DNA of 64,000 nt from Cyclobacteriaceae bacterium (GCA_023151255.1 JAKLJG010000013.1:1990-65989), one strand, 5' to 3'. Shown: positions 38,004 to 48,481, numbered from the stretch's first letter. The notes: generated by a model not told the origin, from the sequence alone. A program made the numbers and translations.

Positions 38004-38675
38004 GTGGTTAGTTCTTCTGAAAGACTGGGGCATTTGCTTGTTTCCGATGCAATAGGGAGGGTGTCCAGTGCACTTATCATGCCCAAACGCCCTCTTGCCT
38101 TAATTGTAATGGCGCATGGTGCCGGTGCAGGGATGCGTCATCCGTTTATGCAACGTATTTCTGAAGAATTAGCGAGGAACCAGGTAGCGACACTACGCTA
38201 CAATTTTCCTTTTATTGAAAATGGTAAGAAAAGACCTGATGTACCGGCTGTAGCGATGGCTACGGTTAAGTCAGCCATCGATTTTGCCTCTGAGCAGTAT
38301 CCGGATATTCCTCAGTTTGCCGGTGGTAAATCATTTGGCGGCCGAATGACTTCGCAATGCCTTGCAAAGGAAGTTTATGAGAGCATTAAAGGCATTATGT
38401 TTCTGGGGTTTCCGCTTCATCTGGCCGGAAAACCAAGTACAGAACGCGCCAATCATCTTCAACAAGTGGCAGTTCCAATGCTTTTTCTTCAAGGTACACG
38501 CGATCCGCTTTCAGAGATTCACTTAATAGAGCAAGTATGTACCGGACTTCAAACTGCCACACTCATTAAGTTTGAGCAGGCTGACCATTCCTTTAGGGTA
38601 TCTAAGCGAGACCTGTTACCGGCACTGGCCCAGCATATTGTTCAATGGATAAAAATCGTACTATCTCAATTTTAG
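38004..38675 (+). CDS. alpha/beta-fold hydrolase (dienelactone hydrolase / KANL3-like)
   Basis: 223 aa with a GTG start per the track, a nucleophile elbow GGKSFGG, and a C-terminal ADHSF. Confidence 0.7.
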   Translation: MVSSSERLGHLLVSDAIGRVSSALIMPKRPLALIVMAHGAGAGMRHPFMQRISEELARNQVATLRYNFPFIENGKKRPDVPAVAMATVKSAIDFASEQYPDIPQFAGGKSFGGRMTSQCLAKEVYESIKGIMFLGFPLHLAGKPSTERANHLQQVAVPMLFLQGTRDPLSEIHLIEQVCTGLQTATLIKFEQADHSFRVSKRDLLPALAQHIVQWIKIVLSQF

Positions 38676-38770
38676 GTGTATCGATCAATGTCATTGCTTT
38701 CGCTGATGTTGATCAGTCATAAGTAAGTAAAATTTAGTTTCTTTCACAGAAGCCTTCAACCTACATCATT

Positions 38771-39178
38771 ATGAGGAAAATGGGTATATGGATTGATTCG
38801 CGCGAAGCATTAATCGTCAGGTTTGATAAGGGTGAGTTGTCGCATCACCGCATATGTTCAGGTATTGAATCGAAGCCGCGTTTCAAAGGTGAATCCTCGA
38901 GAAAATCAAAGCGGGCACTGGGCTTTGATTATGAAACATCACAGCAGGCGCATTATAATGAATGGATGAACAAATATCTCCAAACGGTTGTCGATAACTT
39001 ATCCGGCAGCCCATCAATTCTTTACATCACCGGTCCTGGCACGGTGCGTATAGCATTAGAAAAAGCGTTGGGCAAGCTTAAAAATATACGCGTGTTGAAA
39101 AACGAGCCCCTCGGACACGTAAGCGAAGCCAGAAAAATTGAAGCTGTCCGGCAATTTTTTCAATCAGTCAATGGTTAG
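38771..39178 (+). CDS. hypothetical protein (weak resemblance to host-attachment / eRF1-like small proteins)
   Basis: 135-aa ORF. The N-terminal WIDSREALIVRF and the C-terminal ILYITGPGTVRIALEKAL pattern resemble that family by eye only. Confidence 0.5.
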   Translation: MRKMGIWIDSREALIVRFDKGELSHHRICSGIESKPRFKGESSRKSKRALGFDYETSQQAHYNEWMNKYLQTVVDNLSGSPSILYITGPGTVRIALEKALGKLKNIRVLKNEPLGHVSEARKIEAVRQFFQSVNG

Positions 39179-40062
39179 TTTTTGTCAGGCGACTTCTCCA
39201 TCGGGCACTGATCAATACGGCTCCATTCCTGCATAGAGCCATCGTATAATTTCATGTTATACCCCAGGGCCCGCCCAGCCAGGTAAACCACACTGGCCGA
39301 TTGACCAACAAAACAGTATGACACAAGTTCTTTGTCTTTTGCTGGCGCAACAGGTGTGAACAGAATTTGTAATGAATCAGCCGGCTTAAAGAAATTATTG
39401 GCGTTCAATAATTCGGCATAGGGGATGTTTTTTGCACCGGTAATATGCCCATCGCGCGGGTAGCCGGATGGTTCGCCATCATAAAACCGTTTCAGGCGTG
39501 CATCAATAATGGTAGAAGCACCCGTATTTAATTTATCCTGCACATAAAAACGATCAACCAAAAGGCCAGTTGGATTTGCTTTGAAATTCCCCTTTTTAAC
39601 AACGGGTAAATCTTTTGTAACAGGGTTCCCCGCTTTTTTCCAGGCATCAAGCCCTCCGTTTAAAAACGATACCCGGCCTTTTAGGCCAAGGTGTTCCAGC
39701 GTAAGGAACATACGTGCAGCAGGGCCCACTTCGTTGCGTACATGACACAGAACTACATGAGAATCAGATGAAATACCAAGACCTTGCAGAATTTCCGTGG
39801 CTTTGGCCGGATCGGGAGCATTATAAGTCCCCTCAGGAGAGTCAGGCGCAAGCCAGCCGGGCCATAAAAAACGCGCCCCAGCGATATGTTCTTTTTCATA
39901 ATCGAGACGCAGTGCATTTACCTGCAGAATGACGAGGTTAGGCATTGAAAGATTTTCGTTCAGCCATTGTACACTAACCAGTACCGGAACATTCTGACTC
40001 CGCACGGATAAAATCGTGAATTGAGTAAGTAAGAATACGCCTAATAAAAGTTTACCTTTCAT
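39175..40062 (-). CDS. exported tandem-rhodanese sulfurtransferase
   Basis: 295 aa with a signal peptide, two rhodanese-like halves, and an active-site loop CFVGQSAS in the second half. Confidence 0.8.
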   Translation of the reverse strand: MKGKLLLGVFLLTQFTILSVRSQNVPVLVSVQWLNENLSMPNLVILQVNALRLDYEKEHIAGARFLWPGWLAPDSPEGTYNAPDPAKATEILQGLGISSDSHVVLCHVRNEVGPAARMFLTLEHLGLKGRVSFLNGGLDAWKKAGNPVTKDLPVVKKGNFKANPTGLLVDRFYVQDKLNTGASTIIDARLKRFYDGEPSGYPRDGHITGAKNIPYAELLNANNFFKPADSLQILFTPVAPAKDKELVSYCFVGQSASVVYLAGRALGYNMKLYDGSMQEWSRIDQCPMEKSPDKN

Positions 40063-40154
40063 AGTATTTTATGATGGATTGCAATTAGCAAATTAACTTG
40101 TAGGGATCTGATATACAAATTAATTCAGGTGCTGTTATTGTGTATCATATATTT

Positions 40155-40329
40155 TGCGGTTATATATATGCCTACTTCGGCAGGCAGGGAAGAGGAAGGC
40201 CACCCGACTTTGTCGGGATAAACTCCGTGCGTTGGCAGCAGCGAGGCCGGACAGGCAGGGGCAGGCTTGGAGCGGATAGCCCGGGCAGCAGGCATTGCTC
40301 CAAAATCATTCCGACAGTAAAATAATCGT
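40155..40329 (+). ncRNA. candidate structured RNA of unknown class (strand uncertain)
   Basis: The 132-nt core (40169-40300) has 87 G/C by my count, within AT-rich flanks. Hairpins are a cUUCGg tetraloop stem (40168-40185), CCCGA-CUUUG-UCGGG (40202-40216), and GGAGC...GCUCC (40268-40300). GCGGTTAT (40155-62) can pair with ATAATCGT (40321-28). No credible ORF is present. Confidence 0.3.
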
Positions 40330-40334
40330 GTGGT

Positions 40335-40562
40335 TCATATTGGTTTATTATCGTTTGATTTTTCTACGTATTCTAATATGTCGCCAGGCTGGCAATTGAG
40401 CGCACTGCAAATGGCCTCTAGAGTGCTGAAGCGTATAGCCTTTGCCTTCCCTGTTTTTAAAATTGATAGGTTTGAAAGAGTTATATCTACTTTTTCGGAT
40501 AGCTCATTTAGCGACATTTTTCGCTTGGCCATCATTACATCAACATTTACAATTATTGGCAT
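40335..40562 (-). CDS. XRE-family HTH transcriptional regulator (YozG-like)
   Basis: 75 aa with the HTH KMSLNELSEKVDITLSNLSILKTGKAK. It lies 3 nt downstream of the DUF2975-like gene. Confidence 0.85.
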   Translation of the reverse strand: MPIIVNVDVMMAKRKMSLNELSEKVDITLSNLSILKTGKAKAIRFSTLEAICSALNCQPGDILEYVEKSNDNKPI

Positions 40563-40565
40563 GGC

Positions 40566-41102
40566 TTAAACAGTTAAATCGTTTTCACTTTGCAGTTCAA
40601 TTCCCTTTTTAAAGATTAGAGCAATGACAAAGAGTATTGCCGCCATCATCAAATAAGCTAGATAGTCATTCCAGTAGCGTTCAATAATTCCAATTTCATA
40701 GCCTTGGTCAATTAACCTCTCAGCAATTTTTTGAGAAATCAAGCTGATGACTCCTATTGAAAATGCGTAATAGGTAATCTTTAAGATAAATTGGTACACA
40801 TCGTTACTGAAAGGCTTCACTAAATTCAGTTTTTTGAAGATTCGAATAACGGTGTAAAACACAAGGGCCTTCATTACCGAAAGTCCGATGATGATTGTAA
40901 ACAGAAGGGTGTAGATTGAAATACTCTTCTTATAAAGCTCGGATAGATTAAGACCCAAGTGAAGATTTTCTGTAGCTATGGGTCTAAACAGACTGTAGAT
41001 GTAATTGAATAGCAAGGCCCCTGTTTGGACACAAAATCCTGCAAAAATGAACCAACATATGGTTTGAATGGCTTTCCAGATAAAATCATTATGTTTTGTC
41101 AT
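40566..41102 (-). CDS. DUF2975-like membrane protein
   Basis: 178 aa with 4-5 TM helices. Pairing with a YozG-like regulator is the usual arrangement for this family. Confidence 0.7.
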   Translation of the reverse strand: MTKHNDFIWKAIQTICWFIFAGFCVQTGALLFNYIYSLFRPIATENLHLGLNLSELYKKSISIYTLLFTIIIGLSVMKALVFYTVIRIFKKLNLVKPFSNDVYQFILKITYYAFSIGVISLISQKIAERLIDQGYEIGIIERYWNDYLAYLMMAAILFVIALIFKKGIELQSENDLTV

Positions 41103-41132
41103 AGGTTATTGAATTATGATGCAATTATAAAT

Positions 41133-41157
41133 ATATTTATTGTAAAACAATAAATAT
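41133..41157. promoter_or_regulatory. perfect 11-bp inverted repeat (ATATTTATTGT-aaa-ACAATAAATAT), candidate operator
   Basis: It lies 31 nt upstream of the DUF2975 start codon, in the promoter region of the DUF2975/XRE operon. Confidence 0.45.
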
Positions 41158-41313
41158 CTATTTTATATCAATTATAATTATTAGTTATTCATTAAATCTC
41201 TATGATGAACAAAGACAACTCGATACATCATTTATATCACTAAGAGTCCAACGGAAGCGTAAGGAATAGTTATATAATTAATATTATGTTAAATATATTA
41301 TTAAAGCAGTATT

Positions 41314-42474
41314 CTACTCCCTATGCTTAAAATAAAACGTAAACAGTACCAACAATGTGCGGATAATGGTATACGCCCCCCATTGAAGCAGCCGGTGACC
41401 CAAGCTGAACTCTTTGTTAAGTTCCTCATCGGTAACCCGCCTGCATTCGTTTGTCATGATCTCCACCAGACGAGTTTCTACTTCGGCCGCAAAGGCGTTA
41501 TCAAACACATCTAAATTTAATTCTACGCTTGCCTTTTCACTTATTTCATTCACATTATATGAGCCTACGGTTACCCACTTGCGGTCGTAAGTAGATATTT
41601 TGGCGTGAAGTACGTTGGGTTGGTATTCGTACACCTCCACGCCTCGTTTAAAAAGCCAACGGTACATAAATCGCTCCGCATCTTTGGCGATTCGTACATC
41701 TGAGACACCCGCCAAGATTAGCCGGATGCGCACACCCCGCTTTACCGCTTTCTCCATATGGCGCCTGATTTGCCTTCCCGGGATAAAGTAACTGGACATG
41801 ATAATAACCTGATGTTTAGCCAGATCCAGCATCTCAATGTAACTGCGGGTTATTTCGCGTTTGGCTCTAACCCAATCGTTGGCGCGAACCCGTACCGGGC
41901 AGACTTCTGTGGGCAGTTGATATGACGGTGCCGGTGGAATCTGGACTCCCGTTAACCGCCAGGGCGAGATGGAACGCGAGACACATATATTATAAAGCGC
42001 TCCTGCCACTTCGCCTTCAACGCATACGGCCCAATCCAGCCAGGCCGCCTGTCCGGGGGTATCGTTGTACCGGTTGCTGATGTTTAATCCACCCACAACA
42101 CCGTAACGGCCATCAACTACCAATACCTTATGGTGTAGTCTCCGGCCGAAATAAAAGTATTTGCTTTTAAAGAGCGGTTCAAAAAATCTGAAGTGTACGC
42201 CCTTGTTCCTTAAATCGTCAATGAAGGCTGCCGGCAAATTCTGTGAGGCGTACCCGTCAACCAGCAGGTGCACGTAAATACCCCTACCGGCCGCCCTCAT
42301 CAAAGCAGCTGCAATACGTTTTCCTGTTTCGTCTGCCTCGTAAATATAGGTTTGAAGGTATACCGAATGGCTGGCCGCATCAATCAGTTGTTCAAGTAAG
42401 TTAAAGTATTCAGCCCCTCCCCGAATCAGTTGGGCTTTGTTATATAAGTAATAAGAAGCATTTGGATCAGTCAT
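41314..42474 (-). CDS. phospholipase D-family protein, cardiolipin synthase (ClsB)-like
   Basis: 386 aa with two HKD motifs (HHKVLVVDG and LHAKISTYDRKWVTVGSYN) and a C-terminal hydrophobic helix. Confidence 0.8.
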   Translation of the reverse strand: MTDPNASYYLYNKAQLIRGGAEYFNLLEQLIDAASHSVYLQTYIYEADETGKRIAAALMRAAGRGIYVHLLVDGYASQNLPAAFIDDLRNKGVHFRFFEPLFKSKYFYFGRRLHHKVLVVDGRYGVVGGLNISNRYNDTPGQAAWLDWAVCVEGEVAGALYNICVSRSISPWRLTGVQIPPAPSYQLPTEVCPVRVRANDWVRAKREITRSYIEMLDLAKHQVIIMSSYFIPGRQIRRHMEKAVKRGVRIRLILAGVSDVRIAKDAERFMYRWLFKRGVEVYEYQPNVLHAKISTYDRKWVTVGSYNVNEISEKASVELNLDVFDNAFAAEVETRLVEIMTNECRRVTDEELNKEFSLGHRLLQWGAYTIIRTLLVLFTFYFKHRE

Positions 42475-42499
42475 CTCCTATCATCCATGCACAACAAAC

Positions 42500-45304
42500 T
42501 CAATCTTTAACACAACGGAAACCTACGGTTGCATTGCGCTCAAAACCTTGCGATACCCTTAACAACGCCTGCCTGTAATGTAACTCGCGTGGGCCACCTT
42601 GCACATACCACCAACTTGATGAGGGCTTAAAGTAACTTCCTCCTTTCAAGATGATATACCGATAGCTACCACTTTCATACAAGTCGTTTGTCATCTGCCA
42701 CACACAACCGGTTAAGTCGAGCAAACCATGCGGATTAGACCCCCGTGGATACTTGCCTACCGGATACAATTTTCCATCGCCAAGATTGGTATAACGCGGA
42801 TTAATTCCCTCAATGGCAGTTACGGTTAAGGTCTCGGTTACATATTGCTCTTTTCGGGTAACCGGTTTGGTTTGCTTCCAGGGCCATTCGTTACCCTTTT
42901 CGGTTTGTGCCGCATACTGCCACTCCAGTTCAGTTGGTAATCGTTTACCTGCCCAGGCAGCATACGCCTGTGCATCTTCGTATGATACGTATACAACAGG
43001 AAAGTTTTCCTGGCCGGCAGGAATGGTTCCATTCTTCCAATGTTTTAAGAAGTTAACCGTATCTGCAGGCTGATAACCAGTGGCTTGCACGAATTGCCTA
43101 AACTGACGGTTTGTAACTGGTGTACGGTCCATCCAAAAGGATTTCATGTCAAACTTCTCCCCCTCTCCTTCTTCAGGATAAGGAATAAACGCATCGCCAT
43201 GGGTGGTCTTGAAGACGAACTTTCCGGCCGGAATACGCACCATGCCCGGTACCTTCTTTTCTGGTACCGTTGCCTTCGGCTGTACACGGGATACCAGCCT
43301 CGGTGTACCTGGCTTAATCTCAACAATCCGTTCATCGGCCAGTTCGTCACCCTCCATTAGTTGAATTACCAGTTTGCCTTCATACCAGCCGATATAGTCG
43401 GGCAGAAACAGATTATGAGGGGCACGCGTAAAACTTTGATAGGATTTACCATAGCCAGGATTACCCATCCACAGTCGGATTTCCGATCCCTTGCCTGCCT
43501 CTATTTGAAGATAGTTGTTGCGGTACGTGACTCTCAGCAGTTGTGGTAATTTGGCGATGCAGCTTACGGAGCCTTCATTGTTGGTTCCCAGTTCGTAACT
43601 GTTAAATGCCTCAAGTTTTACTGGTAAAAATAATCTGTTGCTTGCGGCAACCGGAATAACCTCTTCATGATGCCATAAGTCAACATAGTGATAATTAGCT
43701 TCTTGTTGCGCTTCAAATAAAGCGCCTTTGTAACCTTCGGGCTTCAAACTGTAAACCGTGTAAATTGTCTTCTTCGGTCTGAAAACCGTGTAGATACTCA
43801 CATCGCGTGCAGGCCACTGGTTTACCCATATACTATCGCGCAATGTAGGGATCAAGGGTGTCCATTCAAATGAGGTGAAGGCGGAAGAGTTTTCGCGAAG
43901 GATGCGTGTAGTCTTCCCCAGAAACCGATACTGCTCTTCTTCCCACTCAGGATGACCGGGTGCAAATTGATTAATCTCCGTTCCATAGCCGTTGAAGAAG
44001 GCTGTCGCATATTCGCGTTTAATGGGCTCTTTAAAAACTTCGGCAACCCGGAAGATGGCAAAGTCGGGCCGGATAAATTTGTTGAGGTTAAGCATGGGCG
44101 GGTAGTACAAGGCATTGTGCACACGCCCGCTGATGATGCCGGGCATATCTTTCGGAACGGCCATGCCCTCGCTGTACATGATTACGCCCGGTTTAACAGC
44201 ATCGGCAGCTTGCTGCAACTCCTTACTCGACTCGCCCTTGGTATCGAGTACCACGCCATCGGCTGAAGTTTCCTTTATCAATCCGGCCAGTCCCTGAAGA
44301 TGGCCCTCGCTGCGGGTACTTTCATCCCACGGATTGTATGCGATGAAGAATTTCGTTCCATAGCCGCGAAGCGAATCGGCCAGTTCACGCAGTTTGCTAA
44401 GTCCTCCGGGTAAATCGCGGTACATATCAAACTGATTTCGCTGGTCGAGGCCAAGTGTAGGCCATGTTGGCCACAGGCAGATTACATCATCGCCACCATA
44501 CAGCTGTTGTGCACGCTCCTGAAACTTTTTCCAATTAAACCGGCCTGTGGTATAATCGTAGTAGTCCTTGTCCCACGCCATCATTAAATGCATAACATAG
44601 GCTTTTTTAATCCATTGAAGATCAGTTCGTCTGTATAAAGTATCGCTAAACTCTTTCAGGTCATATAAATACCGCTCCTGCAACACTTTGCGTAATCCGT
44701 CCTGCCATGTTCCGCTGTATAAATCAGCGTAAAAGAAGTAACTGACCGCACCACCAGGAAGCAGAAGAGTTTCGAACCGTTTGCGGGTTGCCTTCACGAA
44801 TGAATCCGGATCGCGCCTGGTTAGCCCAAAGAGGTTATGCTGATCATCCAGTTTAAAACAACTGTAGCCGAGGTTCCAGGCATTGTCGGGAACGATTACG
44901 TTTACCGGAGTTCTTCCGGGAAGAAACAGGTGAGTTCGCGAAAGCGGATGGTCACCCCTGCCGGTGATGTACATTTCTTTTCCGGTCGCTCCAAACGGAA
45001 GGACGTTACTTAATGTGAGCGGAGCAGAGGAAGTATTTGTAAAGGTTACTTTACAACGGAAGCCCGTTTCATCCGCTGTCTTATCAGTAATTGAAATACT
45101 GAGTGGACTTTTTGAAGATGATTGGTGCGTTAGTCCGTTTACTTCAAATTCAAGTAACGGCACGCTAAACTGCCAGCTGGCATATTTGTTAGTACAACCA
45201 ATGGCCCTAAACTCACTAATATATAAATCCGTAAGGGGTGCCTGCTGTGCCCAACAAATGCTAAGCGTACCAACAAAATAAAGGGTCAGGTTAAGTATTT
45301 TCAT
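42500..45304 (-). CDS. exported fusion protein: large N-terminal GH-like region plus a C-terminal FGE/SUMF1-fold domain
   Basis: I prefer the ATG at 45304 ([20 protein letters not shown]), which overlaps the galM stop as ATGA. The C-terminal ~270 aa have the FGE-sulfatase pattern ([43 protein letters not shown]). Confidence 0.8.
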   Translation of the reverse strand: MKILNLTLYFVGTLSICWAQQAPLTDLYISEFRAIGCTNKYASWQFSVPLLEFEVNGLTHQSSSKSPLSISITDKTADETGFRCKVTFTNTSSAPLTLSNVLPFGATGKEMYITGRGDHPLSRTHLFLPGRTPVNVIVPDNAWNLGYSCFKLDDQHNLFGLTRRDPDSFVKATRKRFETLLLPGGAVSYFFYADLYSGTWQDGLRKVLQERYLYDLKEFSDTLYRRTDLQWIKKAYVMHLMMAWDKDYYDYTTGRFNWKKFQERAQQLYGGDDVICLWPTWPTLGLDQRNQFDMYRDLPGGLSKLRELADSLRGYGTKFFIAYNPWDESTRSEGHLQGLAGLIKETSADGVVLDTKGESSKELQQAADAVKPGVIMYSEGMAVPKDMPGIISGRVHNALYYPPMLNLNKFIRPDFAIFRVAEVFKEPIKREYATAFFNGYGTEINQFAPGHPEWEEEQYRFLGKTTRILRENSSAFTSFEWTPLIPTLRDSIWVNQWPARDVSIYTVFRPKKTIYTVYSLKPEGYKGALFEAQQEANYHYVDLWHHEEVIPVAASNRLFLPVKLEAFNSYELGTNNEGSVSCIAKLPQLLRVTYRNNYLQIEAGKGSEIRLWMGNPGYGKSYQSFTRAPHNLFLPDYIGWYEGKLVIQLMEGDELADERIVEIKPGTPRLVSRVQPKATVPEKKVPGMVRIPAGKFVFKTTHGDAFIPYPEEGEGEKFDMKSFWMDRTPVTNRQFRQFVQATGYQPADTVNFLKHWKNGTIPAGQENFPVVYVSYEDAQAYAAWAGKRLPTELEWQYAAQTEKGNEWPWKQTKPVTRKEQYVTETLTVTAIEGINPRYTNLGDGKLYPVGKYPRGSNPHGLLDLTGCVWQMTNDLYESGSYRYIILKGGSYFKPSSSWWYVQGGPRELHYRQALLRVSQGFERNATVGFRCVKD

Positions 45305-46425
45305 CTTACTGAAAACCTGTAAATACTGGTTTGTCTGTAAACCTCGCCAGGCTGAAGAATGGTATTTGGAAATGCCGGCTGATTGGGCGAATCGGGAAAG
45401 TGCTGGGGTTCCAGACACAAACCGGCATGTTTTTGATATACCTGACCTCCCCTGCCGGTTAATGTTCCATCAAGGAAGTTACCGGAGTAAAACTGGATTC
45501 CCGGCTCGGTTGTGAATAGAGTAAGTGTACGACCGCTTAGTGGATCATGTAATTCGGCAGCCTGTGCAGGTAATTCTTCAGCCGGAAGAAGCACATAATT
45601 GTGATCGTAACCGCCCGCCACCTCTGCAATTTCTTCACCGATTCGCTTGGGTTCAATAAAATCAAATGGTGTGCGCAGGGTCCAATCAAATTTTCCGGTC
45701 GGTATAAGTTCGTTGTTTACTGCTGTTAATTTTTCTGAGCGAATAATCAATTCATGGTCAAGTATTGTGGGCGACTTCCCTGCCGAGAGGTTAAAATACG
45801 AATGACTAGTTAGATTAACGGGAGTCGGTTTATCGGTTGTTGCAGTGTAATCGAGGATAATTTCGTTTTTTGATGTGACGGTTAGAATTACCTTAACGTT
45901 TAAGTTACCCGGGTACCCCTCTTCACCATCCGGGCTGAGGTACGTTAACTGCAAGCTGCTGTCGGATAGAATTTCAGCATCCCAAAGCACTTTATTAAAT
46001 CCTCTTTCTCCACCGTGCAATGAATGCCCATTGTTATTGGCTGATAACTTATATGGTTGACCGTTAAGGGAAAACTGCGCATTGGCGATCCGGTTAGCAT
46101 ATCGCCCCACCAGGCATCCGAAATATGGATTTTCAGTACGGAGATACCCTTCCAGATTATCAAAACCTAATACTACGTTACCCGGGTTTCCATTCCGGTC
46201 GGGCACGATAACGTCAGTAATGGTTCCACCATAATTTAACACATTTACAATCATTCCGTTTGTATTCCGGATGGTAAACTGCTTCACTTCATTATTGCCA
46301 ATCATACCGTAAATTGATTCGGTTATGGTTTTCACTTGTTTTTGCATATTGGATTGACAACCCACAAGGGTTGTGACCAGAATAATGACCGAAGAAACAG
46401 CAGAAGGACACTTCATCGATAACAT
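45301..46425 (-). CDS. galM: aldose 1-epimerase (galactose mutarotase), lipoprotein form
   Basis: 374 aa with a lipobox (LVGC) and mutarotase blocks ([24 protein letters not shown]). Confidence 0.88.
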   Translation of the reverse strand: MLSMKCPSAVSSVIILVTTLVGCQSNMQKQVKTITESIYGMIGNNEVKQFTIRNTNGMIVNVLNYGGTITDVIVPDRNGNPGNVVLGFDNLEGYLRTENPYFGCLVGRYANRIANAQFSLNGQPYKLSANNNGHSLHGGERGFNKVLWDAEILSDSSLQLTYLSPDGEEGYPGNLNVKVILTVTSKNEIILDYTATTDKPTPVNLTSHSYFNLSAGKSPTILDHELIIRSEKLTAVNNELIPTGKFDWTLRTPFDFIEPKRIGEEIAEVAGGYDHNYVLLPAEELPAQAAELHDPLSGRTLTLFTTEPGIQFYSGNFLDGTLTGRGGQVYQKHAGLCLEPQHFPDSPNQPAFPNTILQPGEVYRQTSIYRFSVR

Positions 46426-46431
46426 GGTGTG

Positions 46432-48390
46432 TTAGTTTTCCGGGTTGATACGTACATCCTTAACTTTTGTGGGCATCCATACCAGCATTTCGGTAGGTCC
46501 TCGGTTATTCCAGGCGTAGTATGGAATAGCAATAATTTGCCGGTTGATTTTTTTTACCTCAGCGCCCTCTCCAGCCCCGGTTAGACCGGTCGCATTAAAC
46601 TGAACTATCATTACACCGCCTAACAAATCGTGTTTAAAAATGGCCTGATATTCTGTGTCGGGATTGAGAATAAAATCCCAGGCCCGGCCATTATTGTCAA
46701 CTCCCTCAACACAATACACCAGCGGGCCGCGTTGCAAGGCAATGCGATCTGAATTTTGTAATACTTGCGGATGGGCACCTATTTCATTAACAGGCATAGC
46801 AAATGTTACCTCAACAACATCGCCATTTTGCCAACTTCGATTAATTACGATGTACCCGTTTTGTTCCATCCAATTTACGGGCTGTCCGTTTAGTTTTACC
46901 ACAGGTGCCTGATGGATAAAATTTTTAAAATAGTACAAATCACCGGGTACGGGAGTTCCTTTGCTCCAGCCCGGAATGCGGATATGTAAGTCGAATTTTG
47001 CTTTTTGCTTTGGTTCAAGTTTTACTTTTATTGATCCATCCCACGGGTAATTTGTTTCCATTGCAACAGGTATTACCTGTTTTCCTATTGTTATATTGGC
47101 TTGATTGCCAATGAAAAGGTTTATCCACAAACCGGATGGTGAGGTGGCATAGATATAGTCGCCAACGGAGGCTGTAAGTCGTGCGATGTTAGAGGGGCAA
47201 CAGGCGGTGCCAAACCATTCTCTGCGGGCATGTGTACCGAATGATGCGAGCGGATTTCCGTAAAAAAACCGATCGCCACTTAGTGAAAGGCCTGCCAAGG
47301 CACCGTTGTAGAGGCTTCTCTCCAGCACATCAATAAATTTTGCATCGCCTGTAAGGCGGTTCATTCGTTGATTCCAGAATACCATTCCAACCGAAGCACA
47401 GGTTTCACAGTAGGCCTGCAGGTTTGGCAGATCATAATCTGTTGAAAATCCTTCATTGCGCCCCGAAGACCCAATGCCACCGGTTATATACAGGTTGCGG
47501 TACACCACATCTTCCCAAACCGCTTTCATTGCATTACCATATTGCTGGTTGCCGGCAACCGCAGCGACATCGGCTGCACCGGTGTACTGATACATGGCAC
47601 GTACAGCGTGGCCGGTAATTTCGGTTTGGTCCGCTACAGGCTTCATATCTTGCCAATAATCGGGTGATATCCAATTGCTGCCATAAGCATAATGCCCCTT
47701 TCCGCGTTGTTGAAGGTACCAGTCGGCCAGTTTGAGGTAGCGATCATTTTTTGTTATTGCGTAAAGCTTTACAAGGGCCAGTTCAATTTCCTGATGACCA
47801 CTGAACCAAGGCTTATTGCCGAGGCGAAAGGTTGAATCAATGTGATTGGCGAAGCGGATGGCTGTTTTTAGTAGCTTGTCTTTTTTGGTGGTATTGTAAT
47901 AGGCAATGGCAGCCTCAATGAGGTGACCGGCACAATAATCTTCATGCTTTTCAATATCGGTCCAGCGTTTTGAAATATCACCAAGTTGGTACCATGTGAA
48001 CAAATAACCATCGGGCATCTGGGCCCTGGAGATAACATCAATCCAACGGTCGGCACGCTCTTCCAGAGCGTTGTCAGGAAAGTTTTTCAGGGAGTAAGCA
48101 ATGGCTTCAATTGCTTTGTAAACATCGCTGTCATCGTAATAAATGCCTTCGTGCTTTTCGCCTTGGTTTCGTACAACCTTTTCGAAATTTCGGATGCGGG
48201 GCGTTTTAATTTCTGTTTGAATAATGCATGCCTCCAGTGTTTTTGTGGCCACCGTTTGCAGGCGGGGTTTCCAGAAAGTGTCAGTAATACTGATTGCTGA
48301 AAAGTTAACTGGCTGAAGGGTTGTTGGTTGTGCGTGAGCTATGCCGTTGAGAACTACATTAAAAATCAGAAAGTAATATTTGATCTTCAC
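46432..48390 (-). CDS. glycoside hydrolase family 127 (beta-L-arabinofuranosidase-like, DUF1680)
   Basis: 652 aa with a signal peptide and GH127-typical blocks (GHAVRAMY, AYCETCAS, ACCPSNIARL). Confidence 0.85.
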   Translation of the reverse strand: MKIKYYFLIFNVVLNGIAHAQPTTLQPVNFSAISITDTFWKPRLQTVATKTLEACIIQTEIKTPRIRNFEKVVRNQGEKHEGIYYDDSDVYKAIEAIAYSLKNFPDNALEERADRWIDVISRAQMPDGYLFTWYQLGDISKRWTDIEKHEDYCAGHLIEAAIAYYNTTKKDKLLKTAIRFANHIDSTFRLGNKPWFSGHQEIELALVKLYAITKNDRYLKLADWYLQQRGKGHYAYGSNWISPDYWQDMKPVADQTEITGHAVRAMYQYTGAADVAAVAGNQQYGNAMKAVWEDVVYRNLYITGGIGSSGRNEGFSTDYDLPNLQAYCETCASVGMVFWNQRMNRLTGDAKFIDVLERSLYNGALAGLSLSGDRFFYGNPLASFGTHARREWFGTACCPSNIARLTASVGDYIYATSPSGLWINLFIGNQANITIGKQVIPVAMETNYPWDGSIKVKLEPKQKAKFDLHIRIPGWSKGTPVPGDLYYFKNFIHQAPVVKLNGQPVNWMEQNGYIVINRSWQNGDVVEVTFAMPVNEIGAHPQVLQNSDRIALQRGPLVYCVEGVDNNGRAWDFILNPDTEYQAIFKHDLLGGVMIVQFNATGLTGAGEGAEVKKINRQIIAIPYYAWNNRGPTEMLVWMPTKVKDVRINPEN

Positions 48391-48420
48391 AACAGGTACT
48401 TATTATTTAGCCAAATTCAA

Positions 48421-48460
48421 AAGAAAAAGCCGGAATGAAAAGATTCATTCCGGCTTTTTT
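48421..48460 (-). terminator. rho-independent terminator after the TPR gene downstream of gyrA
   Basis: Perfect 12-bp stem AGCCGGAATGAA/TTCATTCCGGCT with loop AAGA and A/T runs on both sides. Confidence 0.8.
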
Positions 48461-48481
48461 ATGTTTTGAGATTACCAATGG

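Noticed and set aside
40169-40329. Partial resemblance of the GC-rich element to the 3' half of bacterial RNase P RNA (hairpin followed by AUAAACUCC, GGCUUGGAGC, GACAGUAAAA).
   Set aside because: The element is less than half the length of any bacterial RNase P RNA. It lacks the universally conserved GAGGAAAGUCCGG P4 strand and the ACAGAAnnCGGCUUA 3' strand. The similarity is limited to short strings, so it is kept only as an unclassified candidate.
40140-40569. Track ORFs 40140-40325 (61 aa, Arg/Gly-rich) and 40330-40569 (79 aa).
   Set aside because: The first is a low-complexity translation of GC-rich non-coding sequence with no start context. The second is the antisense shadow of the clear XRE HTH gene.
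41314-42474. PLD-family protein as a possible nuclease or defence effector.
   Set aside because: Two standard HKD motifs, a length of about 390 aa and a C-terminal hydrophobic helix fit a ClsB-like cardiolipin synthase. It has no partner genes.
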